From Catajapyx aquilonaris (taxonomy: Eukaryota), in NCBI GenBank assembly GCA_000934665.2, contig KZ538475.1:1-64000 (forward strand): a stretch of DNA of 64,000 nt, given 5' to 3'. Every line of letters starts with the position of its first letter. Positions within the stretch are counted from its first letter, which is position 1. Position numbers and translations under genes: made by a program. The notes under the pieces were generated by a model, which was not told the origin of the DNA, ran no database searches, and was given only the letters and a program-made list of their open reading frames with translations. Positions 48,901 through 63,900 of this stretch are shown here, one piece after another.

Positions 48901-51900
48901 CCTATATAGGTGGCAGGTGCTTATCTTGGGTGAGTCAGCTAAATTGCCCCGTCGTCGATGGGGTCGAAGGACACGCTTCACCACTGGGGCACCAACAGAG
49001 ACAACTTCATGCCACACAGAATTAAATCCCAGCTTTCATAACCCTACCTCGAAAGTATGATGGCCCGGTTATTTTATAGTGAAGGACGTTCAGGTTCGGT
49101 ATTTTACAATAATATGCAGTAACATCGCAAGTGCTGAATGGAAGCTAAGGAAATTAACAATTGTTAGGTACGCCCTACTTATGGTATTCTTCCCGGCGCG
49201 ACACCCACGATTTATCTTAACTCTGTCAGAACAACAATGTGACTGTGAGGATGGCTTTATGATCCGAAAGGAATCTTGTAAAATTCAGAAACTTTCTAGT
49301 GTTTCAGAAACTTCATGCTCGGGTGTCGTCACAAATAAATTTTGAATACACCTGTGAGCGTTTCAATGGTAAGTTCAGGTTCATGCACAACCGGCGCACT
49401 GTTTAACTTCACTCTAAACGCCCAATCTATACTGTAGATCAGCGTCGGCCATTCAACAGAAGAGACTTGAATGAAAGAATGAACAGAGACCCGCCACCAT
49501 TCAGATAAGTTCCAACTCGATATCCATTGTTTCAAAACCTCGAGTCAAATATGAAAATGCTGGCAAACAAAACTTTTGTCTCGGAGACACCTCCCTCTTC
49601 TGGTAAAGTCTCCTTCCTCCTCGACTTGTGGAGCAGTGCCAACAGAGTGCGAAACTAACACCGAATCGATAGTTCTCTCTGAATGCTCCAACAGCACTTG
49701 CGGACAAGGAGGAAGCAGATAGCGAAACGGCGTCCTTTCCCCACACCCTTGAGCCAGAGACAAGTGCGAAAGGAAAAGCGAGGGGTTGCTTCTCTCTTGC
49801 CTCTTTGCCGCCTGCCTGCCTGGCGTTCCTTCGCGATCGGACACGAGCCAGACGAGAACAGGTCTCTCACATCTGTCAGGGCGTTGAGCCAGACCAAGGA
49901 CCTGCGCGGCCCCTTGTTCATCCACCTTTCCCACGCCCTAAATAACCAAACATTACCCTCATTTAACTGTGCACTGTTCGATGCAATACAATGCTGATTA
50001 GACGCACGGAATCGCGTATTGACGCTGTCCTGGACAATGGTCATCCTGATTGGTTGTCTGAAGGTGTGTGGACAAGTTACTAAGAATCCATATACAGTCG
50101 GCCAACCAAGCAAGCAACCAACAGGCGGTTGGCCGTCGGCCAGGCGGCAACAAGTGTTCGGGTGGCATCGGGACGCTTCCCCGTGCCGTTCCTCACGGAT
50201 GCCGACAGCTGCCAAAACATTGCGCTCGGATAATGCAAACCCGCCGTTATGGCCCGATAAAATATGCCACCAGCCGCCCAGAATCCTATCCCGCTGCTCC
50301 GACACCCAGCTGTTTCTTCCACCACCCAGGATCGGTCTGGCTCTCTTGGTGGTCGAGGAAAAGAGTGGTATGGAGGGGTATAGAGGTGCTGCTGGGGGGT
50401 ATCGCGTCCACATCGACACCCTAAGCTGCTATTACGTCAGAGGCGCGACAAGCACAGCGTGATCCTATAGTTATGTCATGCTGATAATAAATATTCAGTA
50501 GGTTTGATTCACGAAGGCTCATATACAAAGAGCTATCAGAATAATATAGACCACAAAAGGTGCCCAGTATTAGTCCATCAACTGAGCAACACAGAGAAGT
50601 AGAAAACGTGTGGTCCTGAGTCCGGAAACAAGACATTGACAGGAAAATAACATTCAAGTGTCCTTCTGGTTTGAAGAAAAGTAATGCTGTACTGTCAACA
50701 TTCACATTATGTGATCATTGCTGTGCTTTCACTATGCCTAGCATGTAACATCATTCATATTCAGGAGTCACATCAAAGTATATGCTATAGTCCTACGTGT
50801 AAGCTTTTTTCGATACTGTAACCAACACTAACAGGCTTGGGAGCATATTCATAAAAGACATAATTAAGTTTAAATATTAATTGGCATTTGTACAATCCTG
50901 CAAAAATATTTTTATTCTATATTTGCAGACGATCAAGCCGCAAAAAGTGAATTTTTCATGAAAATATATTGCAAAGTATTAGCCCAATGACGCTATCAAA
51001 AAATGTAACGATTAAAAATGTCGATTGAGTATACATTGAATTAACCGGTCTCGCTCTTGCACTCTTGATTTCATAGTGCAGTGTAGTACAGTATTAAACA
51101 TTTATATTTTCAAAAATAATGCGACAATAACATTCTTTTGTGATGGAGACACGAGAGAATCAGAAATTATGAACAACAAACCCTTCCATGGAGATAATCT
51201 TTCAATTACATTATGAACTCAGTAAGTAATATCCCGATAGTAAATTACTAACAGAAAAAACTCTCGTAATCATCAAAGTAACTGATAATGTTTCCATCAA
51301 CATACTAATGCACAATGGTCGCTTCTGTATGCTACTGTATTATAATCGATGTTTAATCTGTCCAGAGCACGAAAGTTTTATAAAATTATGCCTCGAGTCT
51401 CGGGGCAAGGGCATTGTTCTTGCCTAAATTAGAAACAAACCCATATTGTACTAATCGTACTATCGATAAAAATTAACAAACTCAATCACCGCACTATATA
51501 CGGCCGTGTCTCACTGACAAATGCAATAGAGAAGTGTATCTCTTGCTAAATAGGTAACACCCCCCTTCAAACATTTAAGCAAACCATCCACAAGTTCCCA
51601 ATAAAAAAACGGTCAGTTGTTATCAGCTACAATCACCAATTAGGCGACAATTACAGCCGACAGTCCCCTAAACCTGCTTCACTACAAGCAGCCCAATATT
51701 CTCTGCAAATGTTTTGAAATGAATCCAGACGTATCTGCTGGTTCCCCAAGTTTTATATACAATCGCTCTCCTGGTTCCTGACCCAGGATATATTAAATCC
51801 CGCAAATGAAAACCGTACCATGAAAAGGCTGTTTCTTCACTCTCACAGCTGGTTGACATCTGGCTCTCCAAAGGAAATAAATACCAGATATCCCTACAGT

Positions 51901-54900
51901 CTAGATATACGACCCCAAAGGATTGATAAAGTTCGGTGTGGAAAAGAACACTCCACCAACCCCTTTCCTCCAGCTATGGCTCATCAACTCCACCGACATA
52001 ATTACACGCGTAATTATAAATCTCCCCACGTAGGAGGTTGTCTCCCTGCAAAGTGACCAAAAATAGATCCAATCTGCATACAAAGTCAGCAGGAGGTGAA
52101 TTCCTCCCTCTCCTGATGGTTTGGGTTTGGTTTGCACTAATAAAAATATACATCTTTTTATAGGACCCCTCTATATCTCATGGTGGTCTAGGGCTGCCGT
52201 TAATCTATCCTGGTGGCCTGAATATTATTGCGCAGTTCTCACCGAGGAGGGTCGGACCCAAATATTTGCCGGCCCTTTGAGTGCAGTAGTCTGAAACTTG
52301 CACACACGGCATTCCTGGCCGGCTACAGGAATGTCTTAACAGCATTCAGGTCTAATTACAAGACAGCTAAATCAATTGTCAGAGGTAGGAAAAATATCTC
52401 GACACGTAGATCCGGTCACAGCAGGACGCGAGCCAAAAAAAATCGCGATGTATCGATGTTCCCCTTAATATATCGATTACATTCATTATGATATTACAAT
52501 CTTTAACCTTGTGCCACGGTGGGACCAATGCATCAACAGAAGCGGTTCATACAGTATGTTGAAAAATAGTCATGATTGTCCCTTGCTGTCACCTATAATA
52601 TATTGTTATTGACATTAAATTTGGTTCGAAAAAAACATTGCTCATTACTTATTGATTTGCCCTTGTGTTATGCAATTATTAAATTTGGTGTTCAGCTAAT
52701 ACATGTGGTAGAACTAAAACCCTGCAATCTCGCCTCTAAAAAAATCCACATCAGCTCCCAATTTCTTGAAAATGTCTGTAATTTTTCCATCAGTCCTCTC
52801 TATCCCCCTAGGGTCGTGGGATGGGCAAAAAAAAAAAATCTCCGGATATTTATAGCACCCCCTGTCTGCGGTTCCGAGGCGTTCACAGAAGCAGAATCTG
52901 CTCATGTATCATACGTAGGGGGAGTTGCAAGAAGTGTTGGCCTGCTCAATCTTTCCTGACAGAGATTCATGGCCAGGATCTGCCCTCCCAGGCCGGTAGC
53001 CTACCAACCTAAAGTGACATAACTTCAGATGCACAATTTTCCAGTTTTAATCAAAATCTGGCCGGAAATTTTTTGGGTCCCTTTTCACAAACATCCCCCC
53101 CATATTTTAATTTTCAGGCCCCAGGCTTTGCAGTGCCAGGGTTAGGGGGGGGCGGATGGGGAGTTTATTTCGGGTCCACTTATTTATATCGCCGATTTAC
53201 AGCGTGCGGGGGAGCTCACCAGGCCCCGAAAAAAAAAACCTCCCGAGTCCGATGGCCCTCCTCGGTAGCTTTGTCTTTGGGCACACAGCAGCAACCCCGA
53301 ATAAATTCGGGGGCCAAAAAGGACCGGGGGTGTCAATAAAAACTTGGCCCGGGATACGAAGTTGATGCGCCAATTGGATATTCAAGGCAACTATTCTTAG
53401 GGCCCGGTTCGCTTTGTGCACTTTGACAACCAAAAGAATGCCAAGGCGGTGACGCTTGGCACTTTACCAGTCCTGGGGTTTTGAGGGGGGCACTTCCGCA
53501 CCGGCACCTGCACCTGCTCTGAGCCGATGGTGGCTATGTGTTGGAGGAACCAAACCTTTGTGGCGAAGTCAAGAACTTTGGAAAATTAGCACACAATGAG
53601 CCAATTACAAGGTGTGTCGGCAGGTTCGGAGGCGTTGCTTTGGCAGAGACAAAAAGAGATGCATTGAAGGTAGTCATAGTTGACAAATGACATCCGTACA
53701 CGCATATAGGCGCCCAATAAAGCTGCCTAGTTAGAGGCTGCTTTTTAATAATCTGTTTATTCGCCGGATGTGTAAAATTTAGAAATGGCAGATATATACG
53801 ACAGTTGTAAATAGTAGGCCGGGTGTATTTTAAGGTATGGTGCAGGTGCTACAATTTGAATATTCAGATAAAGAACAAGTAGCGTGTAGTAGCGGTTAAT
53901 TGGACACATATGCCAACGCCCATACAGCTAAAATCGAGGCCAGATTTGCCATATAACTGTAAATCAGAAGTTGTCTCCAGGAGCTATGGTTCTCGTCCAT
54001 TAATGACAGTAAGATTACGTTTAGTCCTAATGTTCCTTTCAGCAGGTCAGGATAAGCTTTGAGCCAACTTTCGGTACACTTTGTACATAACAGAGCAACT
54101 TAACCCCGAAAATCCGATCAGACTTTAAGCCAACTTAAAATCTGAAATCTTGGTCTAAAAGCAACCAGACTCTACCGGCACTCGATTGACAACATGACCC
54201 CTAGGCCTATGCGCAGTTAGGCTATTTCTGTCTCCTTTTGGGGAGGGAGGGTTGGACCCCCCCATCGGATGAACGGTTTCCCCCCTCTTGAGTTTTGGGT
54301 AGAGGGGATGAAACCTATAGTCGAAACCCACCCCCACCTTATATACCATCACCATCCGTCCCATCATCGGGAGCTTGGGAGCGCCATTACTGCGGAGGGC
54401 GGGGTTCCCTGATAGGTTGTCTGGAAGAGACGAGGCAGGCGCGCCTAATCCATCACCGTGTCAACCGTCGGCGGGGTCCAGGGCGCCAGTTACACCCGAC
54501 ACACACACAAAAAAAAACAATAATTGAAGAAAGAAGAAAAAAATAGGAGCAATACACTCCAACAGGGCGACACAAATTTGGTGTGTTATCAGACTTATTT
54601 GCATAGTGAGGCAGTAATTGAGATTAAGTGGATGCTCAAGTCCTGTTCTTTCCCCAGTTCCCCAATTTTGTCGCTTATCTGGGGAAGACGTGTCGCCCAC
54701 CAAGGGTCCTCCTGTCAAGGGCAGTCGCTGCAAGCCAAGCAGGTGATACAAGCGGTTGACAGGCTCGTAATGGCGTCGGAGCATAATCAATTGTGATGCA
54801 GATTCACCTTAGACACAACCGTTTTTGTTCGCTCTTCTCGAGTGTTATTGTTTCCTTTTTTTCTGCTTAGAAGCGTGCTGCAGCAATGTCGTGGGCTAGC

Positions 54901-57900
54901 TGTCAGTAAGAAGGCAGAGTGCCAGTAAAGTTGCGGAAGAAGTAGGCCTGACATGTTGTGGCTCAAAATTTTTCTTTTCCAGCAAGGGCAGCCGCCTTTT
55001 GGAAATAGCTGGGCTGTCACCTTTTTTTCTCTCTCATCCTCCTTACCTATTGTGCGCAAAGGGCTCAAGGTAGCCCCCAAAGTGGTTGATAGTGTCTTTT
55101 GGTGGGTTCATACCAAGGAAGCTCCACCAAAAGGATAAACATGGATTTCCAAGCCCTTCTGACCTTTTCCTCTTTTTTCCCACTCCTGATATCTCCCCCT
55201 GTCGCCGTGGACACTGTTGCCGATGCAGGCGACAATAGAATTTTATCGCTCCCCCGACTCACCCTCAGGGGGCTAAAAGGGAAGAAATGAAGGAGGGGGA
55301 CTATGGCAACGTGAGTGTCAGAAATTTTTCCTCATGAATCATTCCTCGACTGCGAAAAGGGATTGACACCTTTGGCAAACATCTCGCCCCGGCCCAATCC
55401 TGATGTACGTTAGAATATCTTGTGCATACAGCGCTCCTTTTTTATGGCCATGTTGACCAAATAATGGGATGACACTGTGATTTTATTCAAATATTATACT
55501 TTGACAATATATACTCGAAATGATAATAAATCGCATGCAAAAAAAATGTAAATAGACAGAGGGAAACTGACTCGTACATGAAAGTGTCATACCACTTTCC
55601 ATGCAATGACACAGGTCACTCCACATAGGAACTAACAAGGACCATCTTGAACGCAGATGTGATTAAAAATGGTACTTTGTATAATCCCTTAATTCTTTAC
55701 TTGATCAGTGATGTCTCAGGCCTATACTGATCTAAAATTATGAAATGTTTTAATTGGTCGGGAAAATTTCTAGGCCTAGGCGGCAGACTAACCCGTGATA
55801 TAGTCTCACTCTTTACTTAAATAAACACAAATTGTAATGCAATTATCGTCTCAATCTATATACATCTCCGTGAAAATGCAATTACTTTGTATGAACACAA
55901 ATGTGCGCAACAAAATTTCTTGAGAGTTGACCCTGTCATTGCCACAGCATAAGTAGCTGCCTTACCAGTGTTTCGCATTTGAAGCAAGTACATGTCGGCG
56001 AAAGTAGCATAATATTATGGAGTTGACCTTTGCAGTAGCAAAAGCCGTACAATTTACACTGTTGCGACTCTCTATACAGCAAGGTGACACTTAATAAAAT
56101 AAAAGTGTTCGCAAAATGATTCGACTCAAAACAAGCTAACTTCTCCACGACAAGTTATTAGCACATAGTATATTTCCCCAACGTTGGAAGTAAAATTCTT
56201 CACACACGTTCCACCCTCGTGTCTACAAACAAGTTATACGCCAAAGAAAACTTCCCAAGCTGTTCGGTTCTGCATTATTTTTGTTGTGCAGCACTCGCGC
56301 TACAATTTGGTACTGCTTGCCCTTGCGAAACAGTCGTGTCAACTACAAATTTATAGTAAAACATTGGCTCAAATGTATTACTCGACACGATTTCGTCAGT
56401 TTAGAAAATTACGGCACAGTGCATATAGTGAATTAATATTCAGCCGAAAAGCACTCAGAATTTGTCGACACTTCCGACAGTTCCCTAACAATAATGTCTG
56501 CATCTTTCATCACACTCAGCCCCAGCTAAAGGCTCACCGAGAGAAACACACGTTCCCTTTCCAGCCAAACATTTTTTTGCACATTACTCTGAATCATAAC
56601 CCGTCGGAAATGGTCCAGCGTGTTTGATAACACCTCACGTTATATTGTACTCGGCACGCTTGTTTAGTAAACGCGCCCTCGAAACTCTCTCTCTCTCTCT
56701 CTCGCAAGCCACGTAATCTGCAGACAACATATCTCGAACTCCGGATAACAAAAATCTGCCCTTCCAGACTTACACACACCCTGCATTGTTGTGCCACGCG
56801 ACATCTTAACCGGCTGCTGCCAACCGGCACTTATCTAATATATCTGGACTCAACTTCCTTTAAGACACACTTCCGCAAGTTGCCCCCGACCTAGCCTCAA
56901 ATGATTTCCCGTCGGTAAGTCCTCCATCTAGATCCTGTCGCGCACAGCTGCCGTCGACTGCTCCCCATGACCTGTCTCAACAGTGGTCTAGTCTTCTAGT
57001 CTTCCCCTCTTTTTCTCCTAAAAAAATTCTTGTTGCACGCGACGATGGTCTGCCGGCATGCGCCCAGCAGCCTCACACATATGGAGGCAAAAAATGGCTA
57101 GATAACACACTGGGCTGTTTCTCTCCTTTTCGTTAGCGCACGACTTTTTTTTTGACAGGGGAAAATGACATGAGGAGTAAACGGGAACGAAAAATTACGG
57201 GTGCGGTCCACTGGGTATCGGATTTAATGGTGGCTAATATTCTGGTCACGTTTCTAAGGTGTAAGCAAGAGGGGATTAAGCTTGTTTCCTAACCAGAATT
57301 AACATAAGAATCAAATTCTCGAGGGCTTAGCATATATTAAGTCTGGGGGTTGAATATATACCGGCAGCGATAACAGCCATAAGAATATGAGTTTCTCATT
57401 TTTTTTTTTATCACGATCTCTTGGAGCCATTTGCAACACGAATCGAAGTAACACGCAATATGTTTATTTCAGTTCTCACCCCAACTCTGGACTGCCATCA
57501 TGTGTAGTTTGGATGGATGATTCACGTCCGGACTTCCAAATACATGTCGCGTGATAAATAATCAAGAGTTTCATCTGGTACATAACATTAATGTGCTCGT
57601 ATAAATCATTTGAGGAAAAGCGGGAATATGTTATGACGAATATGTAGGGGCTGAGTGTGTCTCGCTGGATCGAGGCCAGCTCTGTTGCATTGTGACTTGA
57701 AATAGTCCTTGCGAAACTGATATCAAGTAAATCGCTCTGAACTTTTTTTGAAGTTAAATATTTACCATCCCGCTCCTAGTAAGTATAACATCATGATGGT
57801 TCACTTCTAAATCCCCACAACATTGACCACCCCTGGTCCATTCTTTTCCTCTCCTCTTTTTTTCTTCTTCTTCTCCATTCGTGTCCAACACTTCCCCAGG

Positions 57901-60900
57901 AACAACAACCCCTCCATTCAAACCTTAGTTGGCAGCCCCCCGGATTCATCCGGTTCCACAATAATACCCGTTTTGTCAATTCAGTCTGGAATCTAGAAGC
58001 ATCCAGGAGTGGGTGCACAAGAGAAAAGAAAGATGTGAGAGGGGGGGATGCCACTTAGCAGCCCCGTGCTAATGTACCAACTCCACCCTGTTATCCCCCC
58101 TGGGCAAACAAGCCAGGGGCCCCAGCAACTCCGAGGATTCGCTGCCGGATCGTGATGGATAGGTTAGAAAAAGGCGAGGTCACAATCACATCTACCAGGT
58201 GTACCCAGATAAAAATTCCTTCTGTTGGCAAGCTACCCTAAATATGACTCATTGCGGTTGTAATTATAGACCCGGTCTTTTCCACGATGAAATCACCCAC
58301 TATCAGTAACTGCGAATTGGCGTGTCCTGTTGTTTATCCCCTCCAAAAATTCCGATCGGGGGTCCAGGCTAGCAACCAAGGGGTCTGATTGGAAAGTGTC
58401 AGTCAACGCCCTGGCAGCAGCAGCCATCCTCAACAGCCCTCGGGGTGTGGAATAGGTCTCTCTGGGAAAGGGAACTATTTATATCTAACGGAATTGCAGT
58501 CGAGAATTAAGAAGCCATTTCCGGCTCCCACAGCTGCGCCAAACGGAGAAATAGACACGATCGCCACGACTATTGGCGCAGGGGTGAGCCAATTTCACCA
58601 CGAGAGGTTTCCAAACCGTGTCCATTGTTTTCTGGAACCCCCGTGTCAAGGATAAATCGATATAAAACACACTTAATAAACGTCAACTGCGGGCTATAAA
58701 AGCACCTTCAAGACTCGGAGCCCGGCCGTGGCATGTGACACAATTCCTATTTTCAGTTGCAATAAAAATTGAACAATCAGTGCAGTTTTGCATTGGCCTG
58801 CTCTTGGCCAAGACTTGGTGTGTAATTTTTTTTTGTTTGCAGAGAAGGCTATCGGAAGCTGAGGTTTGGAATGCGCATAGAAATTCGCGCTTGATCGGTC
58901 ACAATAGGCAAAGAAGTCGTTCGGATTAATAGTTTATAGCCTGCCAATGAAAATGTGCATAACCCCGGCTTTCATAATAAAACTGGTCGCCTTGCTCCTG
59001 GGATTGACGTCTGCTATTCGTGTCTGAGGCTGATACATTAAAGATCCCAATCAGTCTACCTACGTCAAAAGGAATGGACCTATTTAGCTTCACAATAACC
59101 CTTAGGGAGGGCAAATGCCATTAAGCCGATGTTGGAAACGACAAATCAAAGCAGGAATTTTCCAGTATTTCACAATCCTGGCAGCCTAGCCGGCGGTTTT
59201 ATAATCCTCTTACCAAAGCCCAGCTTGACCTTCGATTGCTCCGACAATATGCCCCGGCAACAGTATCCATCTCTTTTATGAAGGGTACATGACAGGCCTA
59301 CGCTACTCGTAAAAAATATATATATCATGATATACCTAGCAGGTGCCTGCATAGTATAATATTATTCCTATTGGAGTGGTGTCAGACCGTGATACAGACA
59401 CTTGAATACCGTTCACTCTAGTTAGCATCTTGTTGTAGGGGCGTTGGTGCATAAAGCGTCAATGACAATGCGGTGACAATTCCGACAGGTGCTCCGCCTT
59501 TATCAATAGATATATACGCAACGGTCAACCTCACAAGTCGTCCAAGGTCCTATTCTGACACGTACTGTCATCAGTCCATGTCTATTCATGCTGCCCCCTT
59601 TCGATTTGTTCTTTTTATTGTAATATATAAAAAAGCGCGTGTGTATCCGGTGGTCTTCGTCTCGGCACAATTAGATTAGAATAGTTTTACAAGCCGCCTC
59701 CTGGAAGACGTACACTTCCCAGAAGCGAAGGTGGCATTTTGAAAAGAAAAGGAGCGCCGGGGATGGAAGAAGAAGAAGTAAAAAAAAAGAGAAGAAAGCC
59801 AAAGCCCCGAGGAACAACTCTTTTGGTCGAGGATGGAAGCAAGCCGCGCCGTCGTGATGTATTTCTTTTCCCACCTCATTTGTCCGGACAGTTGCAAGGC
59901 GACCTGCGAGACCTGCTCCGCGGTAATTGGCCCACCTTGCTCGAAAAGTAGCAGCAGACGAAGAAACTATTTTTTTGTTTGTTTCCTCCAAACCAGACGC
60001 TTATATATAGTGGTGGAAATAAACTCTGTTTGGACGGGCGATGTATCGATGAATATCGATAGAAGAATATTCTTCTATATATCGTGCATGATTAATGTGA
60101 ATATATATTTTACGAAACAGCTATTTTAGATAGCTGATGGCTGGTGTTTCAAGCCATTTGGGTCATCATCCTGCTCTTATGGTCAAGGTGTCGGTGAAGT
60201 GAGAAAGCTGATTTTCCTAATGGACGCCGGTGCATAAAGGTGTTGCCGGTGCTTTTAGGCCCGTTGTGTGTGTATACCCCCCCGACGGTTTTTGGGGGGA
60301 GTGATGGTATCTCGACCCTATAAACCGCTATCGGTTATTTGGGTATATAGAGAAGAAGGTGCATGGCGTATGCAGTCATTTCCTGCTGCCATGTTTTCCG
60401 GATGTATAATCACGTGAGAGAAGGGCTCGGATGAGTTACATTCGCTGAGGTTTCGACATCGCTGCTGGCCGTAATTTACCTGGGGAAATTATTATCGAAA
60501 TGGCCGCTCGTTGCGTAAATCTCCGAGGCTATAGCCTGCATGGATGAAAGGCCAACTCTCCAAGCAGGCAGATAAAAATTCTCAAAGTCCCGCCGTAAAT
60601 CAAAATCATAACGACGAGACATGAGAAAATATACTGTTGCATATCCAGGAAAGGGGCGTACGTATCAAGTTTTGTGTTGCATTCTTCGTGATTTAGGTGG
60701 TAAAACTTCAGCAGACTGATTCTGCGGAAACTTTTCAATTTCCAGGGCGTTTTCCTGCTGGCTCTAAAATGAAATTTATCAACGTAACTCAGCAAAGGTG
60801 TGTGCCCAAAAGGACAAGAGTGATGGTCCACAACTGGGTGGGTTCCGTCTACAATCCGCACTTAGGCGCCGTTCAGCCAAATATCTCCGATAGTGGTTAT

Positions 60901-63900
60901 CTTGTGGAGTGAGAGCATTCAGGCTCATTGGTACTGCCCACATTTCCAGAACAGGAAGGTCAAAGGACCGCCGCCATAAAATGGAACATAATGCTCTTTT
61001 TTTTCTTTCCATCTCCTCCCTCTGTATATTACTTGGTTTTATTTGGACTACACCCTGTCATAAGACATGCATTCTGAGCCGAGTTATTACGACGCTTTCA
61101 GATTATGAAGACAGGCGATTTCGATCAGCCCTTGTGATTTAGGCAAGGCTTGTGTGTATAATAAGTCCGAGATTTTGGGTGAGTCTTATCTCCCATTTTT
61201 CGGCCATCTGGAAACTAGCTATATAGAGTTCGGACCCTCACGTAGAGATTACCAAATGCAAGCCTGCTGCCACTTAATGGCGACGATGAAAGATTATTTC
61301 TAGCTGATGAGCTCTGCACAGCTCCAGTTTAGAGCCAAGTTTACTCTAGCTCCGGAGTAATAAAAATTGTCATCAAAAATTCACTACTAAGCGCAGCTGC
61401 GTGTTTACTTTTAGCCTGGTTTCAGTGTAATTCAGGTTCGAGTCACACAACATATAAAATTACAGTAATTGGATATTTTTCCTGAATTTTATTTGGCAAA
61501 ACAGGCAAATGCATCGAGACTGTCTCGTGAAAATATTTTCATGTGCTGATGGTATACATGTAAAACTTATTGTTGCTGTTCCGATTAATTTATGATAAGG
61601 CTTGGTGCCTTATCAGTTATCATACTTGTGCTGACTTCACCTTGTGCATTCCAAAAATATCGTGAGTGACAGAAGATTGAGAAAGAGGGCTCACATTTAA
61701 CTATTATCGACCTTGACTTGTGACTCTTGCTTCATTGGATATCAGTAAATTTAGACTACATTGTACTGATGTTCCCTTTATAGACGGAAACAAAGGTTGC
61801 GTACACTCTTGACACGTGATGGTGCGATGCACCTTTGGCTACTGCTCTGGAATAAATATTGTACCACATAGTGCAGTCTAAAATGAAACGCAATTGTTCC
61901 AAAATATATACGAACAGATCTGTCTAAAAATACACAATAGCACTTCCAATTGGAATTCTCAGCTGGCAAAACAGCATCACGCCATTAGGTTGGTTCAGAA
62001 CAACACTGAACCCTATATGCCTATATCTGTGCAATAAGTTATCGTCTGAACCGAATCAGTTCATACCGGTCCTCTCTTTTGGATTTGTTTGTAATCGTAG
62101 GTAGAATTTGATTCAATTGTGACCCATGCTAGTTGCAGGTGTGGCGTACACATTTTCTGAAGTTACAATTGTTATTAATATCAATCCTTCACAAATATTC
62201 TTCATAAATCGATACAAATCGAAAAGCCGGTCCCTATGAGGTGCTGCGAGTTACATTGGGGCTTATGGCACTTGCAACTATACCTCAGAGCCGTACACCA
62301 TACACTTCATATGGCATAAGCACATTTTAACTGACAATACATGTTGCCTTGATTTCAACATCGACATGAGCATGTTTTTGTTTTGTTTTGGGAGGATGTA
62401 CCTCCAACTAGAAGCCCGGTACAAAGATATGAGGATGTGAAGGTCCGGGTGAAGAACGGGGTTTAGGAAGGTGATAAGTGAGGGACTTTTCCACCCAAAC
62501 AATATTAAAAAAGTCTGAAATATTTGACACCAGCTGGCAAAAAATATTTTAATTACGTCGAAGATTCAGCCCTAAAGCTATAGTCAACCAGAGTGTAAAA
62601 TAGTTGCCAAAATAATACTAGGACTAAAGTTTCAGTAACCCAGAACTGACATTGTGATTGGTAATGTATTTATAATTTCTTAACTTCAAACTTGAAATGG
62701 TTTCAGGCATACCAGGTGCGGGAATGTGTGTGCCTAAACATTTTCCCGGTTATTTTCAACATGTGCAACAATTAGCAAACATTAATGCACGGCGCGATAG
62801 GTCACAAAATCAGTGCGGATTATCGTACGGCATTATCGTATACTCATGCAGCAGTACTTCTAAGTACCGGCACGGAAAATACAGGCGGAAAAACTAAGGC
62901 AGTTTGACACTTTGTTATTGAAAATGCGCCACTTATAGGCCTGCAGCAACAGCATTTCAACACATTAATTCACACTAATTTGCATGCGTAGCCCAGCTCA
63001 AGCCTGACATTTTTGAGTCACAAAACAGTCAATTCATGACGCACCGACGGCCTACTCATACTATCATTTGTGCCCGATTAAATTGGCTGCCCGATGTTAG
63101 GCCGGCAGATCGGTCATCCTTGTCCAACCCCAGCACGCAGCAATGGTCACCAGACACCGCGTCGCCTATGCAAAAACCGGCACCCAAGCATTGAACCCAC
63201 CCCCCGAAAAAAAAACAGAAGCTCTAACTCACCATACTTCCATCCATATCGCTGTCGTGCTGGTCCATGTTGTACACGGGCACGGGTTCTCTGTTTTTGA
63301 CCCGAATTTTGGCGATGTGTTTATGGTACCCCCGAGTGCAGACAACAACCAGACAACGAAGATAACAAAAAACGTGGCCGCAAACAAACTGTTCCCCCTC
63401 ACCACCGAAAAATAAATACCGCGGTATATAAAAAAGCGCAACAATGCTTTTTTTTCTCTCTCTCAATGTAGTTGGCACCGTGTAGGTAGAATATACCGTG
63501 GGGAAGAGCGCGAGGACCGAACGTGCCTTCAGCGGATGAAGATAGGACTGAGTGAGTTGAATGGGTATGAAATGGTTCGAAGGGGTGGGGGGGTAGGGAG
63601 AGGGGGTGGGGGAGAGAGAAAATGGTTTTTCCCCAATCCCAGAAGGAGGGGACCCCAGAGAGAGAGAAGAAGAAGGCGGATCGGACGCGGCTCGATTCCC
63701 CAGTCCAAAAGGCCCAATCGCGTCGGGCTAAAAAACTATTCCCGCCTCGCTCCAATCGCGCAACAAGCATCACGCATCGGGAGGGGAATGTCTGATGAAA
63801 AAGGTGGAGGGGAACAAAATGGAGGATGATGGTGATGCTGGGAGAGGGGTTAAAAAAGAGTGACGCCACGTGGGGGGGCATGGCTCTCTCTACCATTTGC

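Noticed and set aside
49655..50419. 254-aa minus-strand ORF as a possible first dri exon
   Set aside because: No ARID3-like motifs, and no convincing splice sites identified.
59624..63439. Repeated 15-mer tatataaaaaagcgc (59624 and 63425) as TATA promoters
   Set aside because: Low complexity, with no downstream gene structure.
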